DNA of 64,000 bases. It comes from Spironucleus salmonicida. Taxonomy: Eukaryota. Shown here one piece after another: positions 52,994-64,000 of this stretch. The stretch covers positions 186,001-250,000 of the forward strand of contig NC_090601.1 of assembly GCF_000497125.1 (NCBI RefSeq), written 5' to 3'. Position numbers and translations under genes: made by a program. Below the pieces are notes generated by a model. That model did not search any database. It was not told the DNA's origin and saw only the letters and a program-made list of their open reading frames with translations. Each line of letters opens with the position of its first letter. Positions within the stretch are counted from its first letter, which is position 1.

Positions 52994-54822
52994 TCATCTT
53001 TTTATAAATTTTTAAGCATTATCATTTTTCCAGGCCCATAGAGCCAAATTGAGTTGGCGTTACGAATAATTTTAACTCCTGCCAGAGCAAGAAAGAAACA
53101 GATATTATTTACACATCCAGCTAAACTTATACTTATATTATCTGTCTCATACATTTTGTTGAGAAATATATCATCTCTTTTGAAACCTAAAAGTTCTTAT
53201 ATTAATTTTGTATGAGTAATAACATTTAATGTTTTTGTCTCTTAAAACAAAGTCCAATTGGATATCATAAAATTTAAAATATAAAAGCGATCATCTGGAT
53301 GAAAATCGCTTGAAAAACTTTCTGGCAATCCTTAAAAAGATGAATATATATGTTTGCTGAAAATAATCTTGACAAATTCGTCAACTTTTTATTATAAAAG
53401 AATATCTGAATTTGGATTCAATTTTATAATATATTCTATACCAGAATAAATTTAATTCAAATCTGGAAAAATATTATATTTAACCTTTTCTTATATTTTC
53501 CATCGCTCATAGAATACCTATTTAATTGTTTTTGTATTAAGTTAATCTATTTATAATATTAAATCTTATATTATATTATTTTTATGTTCTATTTGTTCTT
53601 TAAGATCGATAGAATTATTTTTACGCCATTATTCCAGTATATTTACTTATTAGTTTAATTAAACTATTTCGTATTGTAATTTTTGTATAGTAAAATTCAT
53701 AACTTTGTTTTATTCATGGGTATCTTATAAACTTTTAAATGACTCTAATTTTTTATATAAATCTTGAATCTCAGTCGTAAAAATAACGTTCTGTTTAATC
53801 GAAAATTCATTATTAACTTTAAGTTTTTTGTAATTTTATTACTCAAGATCTAGATCATAAAGCAATATTTATATTTTTTTAGTATTTTGAATATTTTACT
53901 ATTATAGTGCATCTTTAATGGAGTTAGCGATCCCTAATTACTCTTTATTTTCTGTTAGTTCCAATAAAATTTACTATACGTCCACAAAGTAATCTTTGGA
54001 TGGTAAAATACTAGATAATTAAGATTATAATTATAAATATTCAACTTTAAGTTTTCTAAGTTGCTCTAACTCCTCATTCATTATTTTAAAAGTATTTTCA
54101 TATTTAATTCTTTGATTACCCATTTATTACATTAGTTTTGTCTACATCTTAGAGTTCTCTTGATCTAGTGAATAAATTTCTTATTTTAATATGCTAACTT
54201 GTTAGACATAATTATCTTCAGCCACATATATTTGTGTAGATTTTGATTCGTTAGATATCTAAGCCTAATGATATTAAGAAAAGTCTGAACAAATAATACC
54301 ATCAGATTGAATAAATTAATCTTTTGTTTATAACTGATATTTATGTATTTATAGCTAACTCGATGAATGCAAAAATGTATGATTATCTTTTTCATTTATT
54401 TCAGTTATTAAATCAACAATTTCTAAATGAGAAACTTATTGAGAATCTGAAAATGACTACGTGTTTTCCTAATATTTTTCCAATTTAAAGGTAGATAATG
54501 TTGATTTTGAAGGCTTTCTACTTATTTATATAGAATTAGTGTCATAACTTTGTTGGTCAGTAATTTAAGTTGATATTTATGATTTTGATAAAATAAATGA
54601 TTGATATTATAATTATTCTAATGCTTTTTGAAGTTATTCTTGTAGAATTTTAATTAAAACATCCTTTTCTTTAAGCTCCTCACAGTGAAAATTAAAGCAC
54701 TTAGAACAGAATTTACTAAGATTGCACTGAGATATTTTAAGATACTATTGATGATACTATCCTATCTCTGCAACAGATAATATATTCTCCTTAATTTAAC
54801 ATTTCTGATTTTTTTTCTTCAT
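52987..54822 (-). CDS. Coiled-coil hypothetical protein, ~611 aa
   Basis: MKKKNQKCQIKE...CSKCFNFHCEELKEKD..., ending KDDH TGA; overlaps the convergent gene by 7 bp. Confidence 0.65.
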
Positions 54823-54869
54823 TCTTTATGTTTTAAATTTATACCGTATAATAATACATTTAGTGTAAA

Positions 54870-56459
54870 ATGGAATCACTTTATTAAGAAAAGGAAGTCA
54901 TGTAATTTCAAGAATATCTGGCACTCTGGAAAGCTATTTTTAAAAAGCAAGACCCATACTCAATTGTTAACTAATTTGATCGCTCCTAAAAGCATCTTTA
55001 GCTGCGAAACAAACTTGGTAGCCGAGTCATAATTCTTGAGGCTCCAGTTGGTTCTGGTATGACAACATTTTTAACAAAGACATTAACCCGATTTTAGTTT
55101 GTATTTGAATCCTTCGATGGATCAGTCCAACCAAATATGTTTGATTAAGCTCTAACGTCTTTTATCGACTTTAGGCAAGGAATTATAAGGAAAAAACGTC
55201 CTCATGTATTAATTGTAGAAAACCCTGAGTTATTGCAGTTAAATAAGCTTGCCTTTACTTAGAGAATGAAAGATAAACGGCATTTTTTCATTATAGTATT
55301 GACTAGCAATGCATTCTCGTCATCATTGCGGTAACTCAGGTAGAATTCAATTTTATTACGCTTTTAGGTTAGCTAAGGAGAAGTTAAAAAAATATTATAA
55401 ACTTATGCTCCAGGTGGCATTATTTCAACTTAGTTATTACAAAAATAATTCGCTGAAAATCTATCTATTTTAAATAAATTTACCATTTAGGATATTTGTA
55501 GTGCTTTACTAACAAGAAAGCAGGAATTTCTACTCTAAAAAAGGGATATTCCTTAGTTCTAAGCATATGAAGTCCTAAAAAAACAACATATATTCACTGA
55601 TTATGGTACAGCAATTTCATTCATTTAACTTGGGCTCAAACTTGGTATTACTAATGAAATGGCATTAAAATCACTAGAAAAGGCATCGCATACGATTTTT
55701 GAGCTTCCTTTTTTGAGTACTTTTTAAAGTAAAGCAGTTAAGGCTAACAAATTAAACTACTAGATTTTTGAATAGTTTGAAAATTAGTTTTGCTTAATAG
55801 GGGAAATTTAAGGTATAATACCTTTATCAATAATTCAAAATTTATCTAACTGCTAAAGTCAGTACGATGGGATTACTGCTATATACTCAGTACATTCTTA
55901 GTTATAATAAACAAGCTTTGTGAAACCATCAACTTGTTAAAAAATATATTTTAAGTGCTAGTTTCCCATTTTTACAGGTTTTGAAATTAGATCAGTGCGG
56001 AAGCTTAATCTTCAAAGCCTATTATCACGAGTTTTGTATAGTTTCTCAGCGTCATCAATTTTCTTATCTTTATTTGATTTACAAATTGAATTTTTTAAGC
56101 TGCTAACTCAATTTTCATTACAAAACTATGTTGGAACTCTTTCAGATTTAGATAAAAATTCAATTGCTACCTCGTCAACGTCACTTGCAGAACTAGGTTT
56201 CCTACGAGATAAAAATGGGTTTCTTGTACTGTCGGATGAACTTGAATTAAGTATATCAGAAAATGCGAAAAGGGCGTTAATTGCAGCTGTAGATGGATTA
56301 TTTAGTGGCAATAAGTTATCTGAAGAGATTTTCTAATTAGTCATGACTAGATTTTCAGAGAAATAGGAAATGGAAATTTGTGAATAAGAATATACTTTTA
56401 ATCAAGGAGTTACTCTTGCAGTTCGCATTCTGGCAAAGTTTTAAGATTTCTTTTAGTGA
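54870..56459 (+). CDS. CTF18: Ctf18-like alternative clamp-loader large subunit, 529 aa, divergent
   Basis: IILEAPVGSGMTT (Walker A-like), KRPHVLIVENPE (Walker B position), IIVLTSNAFSSSLRQLR, and C-terminal YTFNQGVTLAVR resembling the Ctf18 C-terminal F.FNEG.SNAVR motif. Confidence 0.7.
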
Positions 56460-56496
56460 AAAATTAATTTAATATATATTATTTTATTTATTAAAA

Positions 56497-57363
56497 ATGA
56501 AGCAAGTTCTAGTGAATTTATAAAATAATGCATCATCAGATTAGTATTTAAATGAACTACGAAAATTAGCTGTATAAAATCCTATTTAAGATGAATATAG
56601 ATCATTAGCATGGAAATTGCTTCTACGTGTTAAAAAGATTGATGTTTCAAGATATATTACTAATATTGAAAAGTAGAAATCATCTAGGTATGAAAAAATA
56701 ATAAAAGATACCAAAAGAACATTAGCTACTGATAATTTTCAGAGGGTTGTGAAGGAAGATTAATTAATAAGAGTTTTAAATGCATTATAACATGATGGAA
56801 TTGATTATGTTTAAGGTATAAATGTATTAGTCGCCCCTTTACTATATAATATGTCAGAGCCGGAAGCATTCAGCTCGTCTTTAGAACTTTTAAAGTAGAC
56901 ATAAACTTACTATTCACCAAACCTAATTGGTGTTCATGCCGCATGTGCTCTTGTAGATAAAGTTCTTGAAAAAGAAGACGAATAGCTTAGAAATTATTTA
57001 TAAAATAAGAAAATAACACCGCTACTAATTGCCTTTTCAAGATTAATGTCGTTTTACGCTTCATAACCGCCATTAGAAGCTGTTCTACGTCTTTGGGATT
57101 TTTACATGGCTGCAGGTTTTTAAATGAATGTCGTTACAGTTGTCGCAGAATTAAAAATTAACAGAGACCTTATTTTAAATTCAGATTCTCCTACTGATGT
57201 TTTATAAAATATGTAGCTTTCAGATGTTGAAATTTTAATTTAAGAGAGTGTAAGGATTTATTAAGGACTTGATTATAAATTAAAATAACTGATAGGTATG
57301 CATTGTTTTGATTTTGAATGTTGTAAAAAATTAGTAAATAAAATGTTTGGCGGTTATTTGTGA
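56497..57363 (+). CDS. BUB2: Bub2/Cdc16-like TBC-domain GAP, 288 aa
   Basis: LRKLAV...RSLAWKLLL, KIIKDTKRTLATD, LIRVLNAL, YVQGINVLVAPLLY, GVHAACALVDKVL and PPLEAVLRLWDF. Confidence 0.85.
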
Positions 57364-57372
57364 TAAAATTGA

Positions 57373-57774
57373 TCACTGTAATACTTATAGTTCATTATCA
57401 GGCATCTTACCTCTCAATAATTCTTTTTATATAAGAGTTATACATTATATAATAAGATTTTCCTCATTGTCTTTACTTTATATGAATTAGATAGAATCTA
57501 TCAAAATATTATTATATTCTGCATTTTCTGCGACATACTTAGCTATTTATATAAGTTATTCGTTCTTTTTGGTTCTTATTAGTTCTAGCACTTTAAATGC
57601 TAACTGAGTATTGTCATGTATTAAAACTTTGGGATACTTTAATAACAGCTTAATAACTTCTTCATAATTTTTAGCTAATATTAAATTAGTAATCGAATTT
57701 CGAAAGACAAAATCAATGTTTAGAAACTACTTTTGAGGGTTTTCTGTTTTTGTGATAGCTAGGAATTAATCCAT
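57373..57774 (-). CDS. Hypothetical protein, 133 aa
   Basis: Open frame from MDQFLAITKTENPQKQ..., ending CAG TGA. Confidence 0.6.
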
Positions 57775-57820
57775 TTCTAATAAAGTCTATACGGTATATA
57801 ATAAGTAGAATATTTATTAC

Positions 57821-59851
57821 TCAGAAACCCTCCATTAAAATTTTTTCAGACTCTTTCCATTTCTAGCTAATAAAATATAGGATATCATGAATTGAAGCTT
57901 CGTTCATGGCTATTAAACCAAAATTAAGTCCACAACTGACTATTTATTTATACAGCTTTAACTCAATAACCTATCCGTTCTATAGCTATCCATCAAACTA
58001 GGCTTTAAAATATCCTTTTTCCCCCATAGGTGCCATAATTTTACCATTTAGCATACCGCATGTTAAACTAGCAGATTAAAAATATTTAACATCTAACGTA
58101 TTAAAAAACATATATCTTATTAGACACCTTCTTTTATGTATTCTATAAGGCCATCCAGTTAATGTAATTCTTTCAAAAATGTTAAACTTTGCACTAAAAC
58201 ATCTAATTTTTCCAGAACCAACATAATTATCTTTGAATATTAATACAGGTGGAGCTTGCGTATGAATTGCACATAGAGATGAAGGGAATGAAATAGATAA
58301 TTCTGTTGTAGGAATTGTCTTATACAACCTTAGTAATTTACCTCTGAATGGTGAAACCTATTGATAAGGGGTTGGTAAAGTGAAAATTCTTCTAAACCCT
58401 ACTTATATAGTAAATTATTATGTCATTTCAATAATTTCTTTAGTGTAAAATGAGGTAATGTTAGCATGAGCAAGAGATATTTTTTATTCATGTTAAAGAG
58501 TGAAAATAATTGTCCTATTAACGAAATTCAATGATGTAAAATTTATTTATTGGTAAATTGGTAAATTATTTACCAATGTTTAATATTATTAATCATTTTA
58601 AAAGAAATTTGATAAAACTTAACGCTAATTTTATGAATAGTCAATAATCTCTTATGCATTAACTCGAATTATAACTTATTTTATAGTAGAAAAATAACAT
58701 TCATCATCCCCTGGTAATGATCTTGTCTCTTTTAATATCTATCTTTCTAACTAACCAGGTTACTGAATATGGTATAGTTGCTTAATGTCTAAAGTAGATT
58801 AGGACTAAAATGGAAAGGTTGATGTTCTAATACTTTTCATTGGTGCAAAACCTTCTAAAGTTGATCTAAGCTCCCGTCTGGGGTGTATTTCTACATCATC
58901 AGGTCTTTCTAATTTTTCTTCTAAAGTATCTCTAGTTTATGCCAATTTAAATTCGTAATCTTTTTCAATAGGTCCATCCGTGCATTCAATAATATCTGTT
59001 TATGAATAATCATCGCTTTCTTATAATTCATCATCATTTTAATATACCTAATTCATATCTTCAGGTTAAGCTTCATTGTCAATTATATTCGTCTAATGTC
59101 TAGCAGACAACATTTATATATATGGTGCAATCTCTATATCATCAATTTTAATAACTTAGAAATCACCTAGTGTTGTAACGTAACTAGCTCCTGTCCCTTT
59201 ACCTTACATGATAACTTTCAGAGAAAAATCTGTTTCATTAAGCTACTGAGCCTCAAGTATTCTCCCAACACCCCTAGGCTTCATCCAAGGCCCTCTAAAA
59301 TCTCCTTTTATTGTTTGGATATGTTTTGAAAGTGTTTCAATATCAAATAAAGATCCGTATATTACATTTTCAATAATCTTAGACTTTTAAATGACTGGAA
59401 CTTGTTATTATAATTATAGCTAAATAACATCTTCTTAATTGATTTTCCAATAGAGAACAGGATTTTAAAATTTCATTTAAAAATATTAATGTTTTAAAGG
59501 ATTGGGAATATCAATTATATCTGAAGTTATAATTATCAATATATTCAACGGAAAAATTTCATCTAGAGCAAATTTACCATGAAGATTAATCGGAACAATA
59601 ATAATTGGTCTAGAAGATAGTTTTATAATTTATTATAAATGGGCAATGAGCTAATCTGTTTGATACTCTATTTGATAACAACCAATTCCTACTAATAAAG
59701 GTGCGTTTTCTAATTGTTTATTTAATACATTCTATTGTTTTTATTGCTGTTTAACAATCTATTATTTTTATTATCTATTAATAGTATGCTACTTCATATT
59801 TTTAGTTTGTCTAATCTCTACAAAACCATATTTTTATTTCTGAAGATTCAT
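57821..59851 (-). CDS. TSR1: Pre-rRNA processing protein Tsr1 (40S biogenesis), ~676 aa
   Basis: TTLGDFQV, RPDDVEIHP, and C-terminal RITLTGWPYRIHKRRCLIRYMFFNTLDVKYF...GKIMAPMGEKGYFKAQFDG...LKLYK, matching the Tsr1 C-domain. Confidence 0.9.
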
Positions 59852-60576
59852 TCGGGAATGGATTATGAAGTGAAAATATATATAATAGTATATAATATTA
59901 CATAAACATTATTCTTGAAAATAATTGTTAATACTTAACATTTAGAAAAACGCTCATTGTATGATTCCACTTAACACATAACTGAATTCTGACATTATAG
60001 TAGAATAAACCTTGAAAAGTTGATATTAATTATAGATTTCTTTTAAGCAGTGATAAGAAATCAAATATTATATTGATTAATTAAAATATTGATGTTATTT
60101 TATCAAAATATTTAGATATATATAAAGCATATTATAATACCAATTTATGAAATAATTAAATTTTACATATTAAACTAAACTTCAGAAAAAGAAATTCATT
60201 CTGATGAAGTTGAATATATATTAAACATAAGAATACACAATAAAATAAAATGGAATTTCGTATTAGTAATTATAATAATACTGAAGCGGATAATGAATCC
60301 AAACATAAAATGCCCATTAATTGGTTATACTGATAGTCTTCTTACTATATAAACTTAATAAATATAAATAATATTTGTTAGTTATTTATTTTTATAAAAT
60401 AATAGGGTTCCTCTAAGATCCCAAATTATTAAATTAATAAAAACATTGAAAGAATGTAACAAATTAAAATATTCTGTATAAATATATAATAAGTATTTAT
60501 AAGTAGAATATGTATTTGAATATCTTCATAAATAATATGTGATAAATTATATAATAAAATTTTCTTTCCTTAAATC

Positions 60577-63500
60577 ATGCTATTAATTTTATCTGACTTA
60601 ATACTTTCTGGAACGACCTATAATTATACTATACCAGCTGGTGAGACAATTTAAATCTAGATAAAACATAGCAATACTAAGTATTTATTACAAGGAGTCC
60701 TTGAAACACCAGACTCAATCTAAATTACTGGGTACTTCTGTGGTAGCTCTCTAGATTTCAATACTTGTAAATAATCATCAAGTTCATAGTTTTTACGGAA
60801 TAATGCTAGAACAACACTAAATGGAGATGTAGGAGACTATGAAGTCCACATTAAAAATTTTGATAAAAAGACGGTTACAATATATTTTACGTATGATGAC
60901 TCTATATTTTTATTACCCAATTTTAATTATGATTCTTTGGATGATTAAACTTAATAGACCTTATTCAGAGTGCCAGTTTGCTCAGACACAGTAAAAATGT
61001 AAATTCTTACCGATGCTGACGAAAATAGTGTGTTTTATTCTTTTACATCTGGTGATCCAACTTAAAAGTTACCACTCAAAGACATCCAACCTCAATATCC
61101 AGGGTATTTGTATATTAAGGTTAATTAAACTAGTTTCTAGTTTTCAGTAGAATAATTCAGACGTTAACTAACTTAATTAGATTAAGGATATACAGATGTT
61201 ATATCAGCATTCTATGGATGTTAGCGCGTATTTTAGTTTGAAAGTGGTGTTAAAGGAACTAAACTAATTGGTACTGCGTCAGAAATTGATGATTTAAGCG
61301 ACTAACAAGTACAGCTATATTTTTTGAGCACATTTGATGGAAATAAATTCCCTAATGATAAATTCTATGATGCAAAAAGTTAGAATGGTATTCTTAGAGC
61401 TAAGTTTACTGTAGAAGACCCATTAGTTTCCATTATCTCATTACAAATGCCCTAAAGAATGCAATTTATTCCTCATAAAATTATTAGTAGCTAGGAAAAA
61501 CATTATTATCATTATTAACTTTTTTTAACATCAATTAATGATGCCTTGTTGCCTTGTTAAAGCTTGAATTTTAGCTTAAATTAGTAAAATTTAGTTGTTG
61601 CGATACCTTTTAAATTTTCTGATCAAGCATACGCAGTAACCGGAAGAGCAGAGTCAAATTATATAGTAAGAATGTCTGTGTTGAATGAGAATAACACAAA
61701 AGATACAACATTATCTTTTGGCCATGCCACTGTTTAAGATCAAAGTTTTAAAACATTATAATTATCTACCCCTGTTTTAAGTTATGAAAGCACTGCATTA
61801 CGCTCAGTTGATGCAGCATATTCTGGCGATTTATTCTTTGCTACTATAAATTGTAAGACTTAATGCAAGGGCTATGTAAAGGCAGAGCATTCATATTTGT
61901 TATAAGATAGAATACCTATAGTATTTAATCATTTAGAAACAGAGGGAGATCCAGAATTTTATTATGCCAATTATTACGCAGTTAAGGGAGTAGACTTTAT
62001 TGTCCAATAATATACAGAGTAAATTATCATCTATGCATCATTTACTGACTAATTGCCTAATCTTCAGACTAAAGATGTATAAAAATTTACTTGCTCGATT
62101 ATTTAAGATAAGTGTATAATAAATATTCTAAATGCATCTAACACACCTATTTTCTTTACAGTTTAGGCTAAAAATTCAATTATTTTAGTCGCTGCTCCAA
62201 TTGGTGAAAATATCAAGTAAATCTTCGATAGTTAAACATTTAATGATTCTATTTTATTTGGCGATGAGGCAGTTACTGGTAAAGAGTATGTTTATAAGCC
62301 TAACAGTTTATCATAAGAGGGAGAAATATTACCATAATAAGAACTATTATTCTCCTTAGAACTTAAGAATTATGATATTTTGGAATCACAAACTAACTTA
62401 AATTTAGTTGCCTATATCTCTAATTCCCCATGCCCAAATAGCTCTAACTACATTATAAAATTATCAGCTTTAGATGGATCGATAGAAAAATTAGACGACG
62501 AATCATTTATAATTGTTACACAAAATATCGCTCCATTATCATACCATAGGGTATTTTTTGTTACTGTTATTTGTGAAGGTATAGATTGTTCTGATTAAGC
62601 ATCCTCTATGAAAATTCTTAGATATAGTATTACAACATATCCATTATTTATGATACCCCCGTTAGAAAAGAATGGAGGCGAGGCAAGTATATTTCCTGTA
62701 AAGAATGGAATTACGACTTCCTATTTTACTATATCTCCAAATGGTTATTCTAATATTTAATTTATACCTTCTAATGAAAAATTATGTGCTAAATTAATTT
62801 ATAATTTGCACATTTGTTATGGAATATTGTAATCTAATTATGTGATTACCTAACAAGATAACTGTTTTGTCAAAAAAATAAGCTCCACAGAAACATATGA
62901 ATAACTGTTTGACCTTTTTAACTCTAGGCATTAAGCGGGACGAATTTTCATATAGTTATCGTTAGATCTTTCCGAGTTCACTGGTTCACTCAAAGTTATA
63001 CCTTATTGTTTCGCTAGAACTAATCTATATGAATTTTAACGTATTTTACCATCCAAAACATTATTAGTTACAAATATGACTAGACTATTTGGGAATATAC
63101 CATCATTAAGTAAAACATGTTCTAGTAATAACTCTCCTGGTGATCGCTTAGTTATATAGTCAAAAGGTTGTGATTTCTAAATTTGTATCACAGATGATAT
63201 TGCAAATTTATAATATGCTGAAAAATAGTGTTTGAATGATTTTAAATAAATACATTCTAATGATACATTTACAATTGATTATTAAAATTGGTAAAATATA
63301 TAGGCTGTGGGTAAACTTTAGGCACACACGAATATTATTGCCACTGTAGTGACTAGTTGCTAAGTAGAAATTACAATTAGAGGTCAAGCTGTTATTGATC
63401 CAAATGCTATAGGTAATATAAATTTCTTTACGTATGATCATTATTATGGAAATTAATATTTACATTCATATGCTATTAATACAAAATCTTTATCTAAAAT

Positions 63501-64000
63501 AAATTTAACATTACATTCAGGTCCATTTTGCAGTGATATATACTGTAGAAAGGATAAATTGCCTGACGAAATGTAGACAAACACTATTATTACTGCCATT
63601 TCCACTAAAAATATGCTTCCTTCATTAGATAATTCAGAGATCACCGTATATGATAAAGGTGTTTAGATGATTTAACTTTAAAATTTGTCAGGAGATTGGG
63701 TTTATATAACAGTAATATATAGATTTGGATTTTTGTTGTCTTAAAAGAACTTTAGAAGTTCAATGCCATATATAGTCAATTTATTACAAAACTATAATAT
63801 TTAAAATTTTATTGGATTTTAAGAAACTAAGTCTATTATTCATGACGGTTCAAGCAAATTCTATCCTATTGATCATTATTAGAGTAAGGTTTCCTATATA
63901 CCATCTTAATTAGTTATTTATCCATGTAAAGGTAGACCTGCAGTACTTATTGATCCATATGCACCTTAGTCATCTCCTCTAGTGAAAGATTATTAATAAT
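60577..64000 (+). CDS. Large secreted/surface protein with beta-rich repeated domains; runs off the window (>1140 aa)
   Basis: Short hydrophobic start MLLILSDLILSG, open frame to the window end (spot-checked), paired cysteines and recurring GDP/GDL and PN-xx-YD-like segments. Confidence 0.7.

Noticed and set aside
59900-60560. Possible small genes between Tsr1 and the large surface protein
   Set aside because: Only low-complexity AT-rich frames without recognisable motifs, which cannot be supported from sequence alone.
1-64000. Massive pseudogenisation suggested by frequent TAA/TAG
   Set aside because: Frames stay in register for kilobases with conserved motifs, and TAR falls at Gln positions.

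Overview
AT-rich, gene-dense, apparently intron-less eukaryotic DNA that reads correctly only with the TAA/TAG=Gln code (translation table 6, TGA the sole stop). The supplied standard-code ORF track is therefore almost entirely fragments and shadow ORFs. The code, tiny intergenic spacers, AGTGA overlapping stop codons, flavodiiron proteins and a CXXC-rich membrane protein point to a hexamitid diplomonad (Spironucleus/Hexamita-like); this is inference. About 30 genes were translated by hand, including Exo1, an outer-arm dynein heavy chain that stops cleanly after AAA1, coiled-coil proteins, an ankyrin protein, two tandem flavodiiron proteins, SPFH/band-7, LRR proteins, a membrane-anchored S41 protease, an RNase Z-like MBL hydrolase, a Myb factor, V-ATPase G, a Ctf18 with degenerate Walker motifs, Bub2 and Tsr1. 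Main structural signals: (1) a near-perfect 3.0-kb inverted duplication (22666-25670 / 34681-37685) around a 9-kb gene block, each arm completing one gene and truncating the other, so possibly an invertible segment; (2) a 660-bp x ~6.5 in-frame coding tandem array; (3) sharp GC steps at the edges of the multicopy tracts inside single ORFs, suggesting GC-biased gene conversion; (4) the split dynein. Coordinates were counted manually and long ORFs were only spot-checked for internal TGA.
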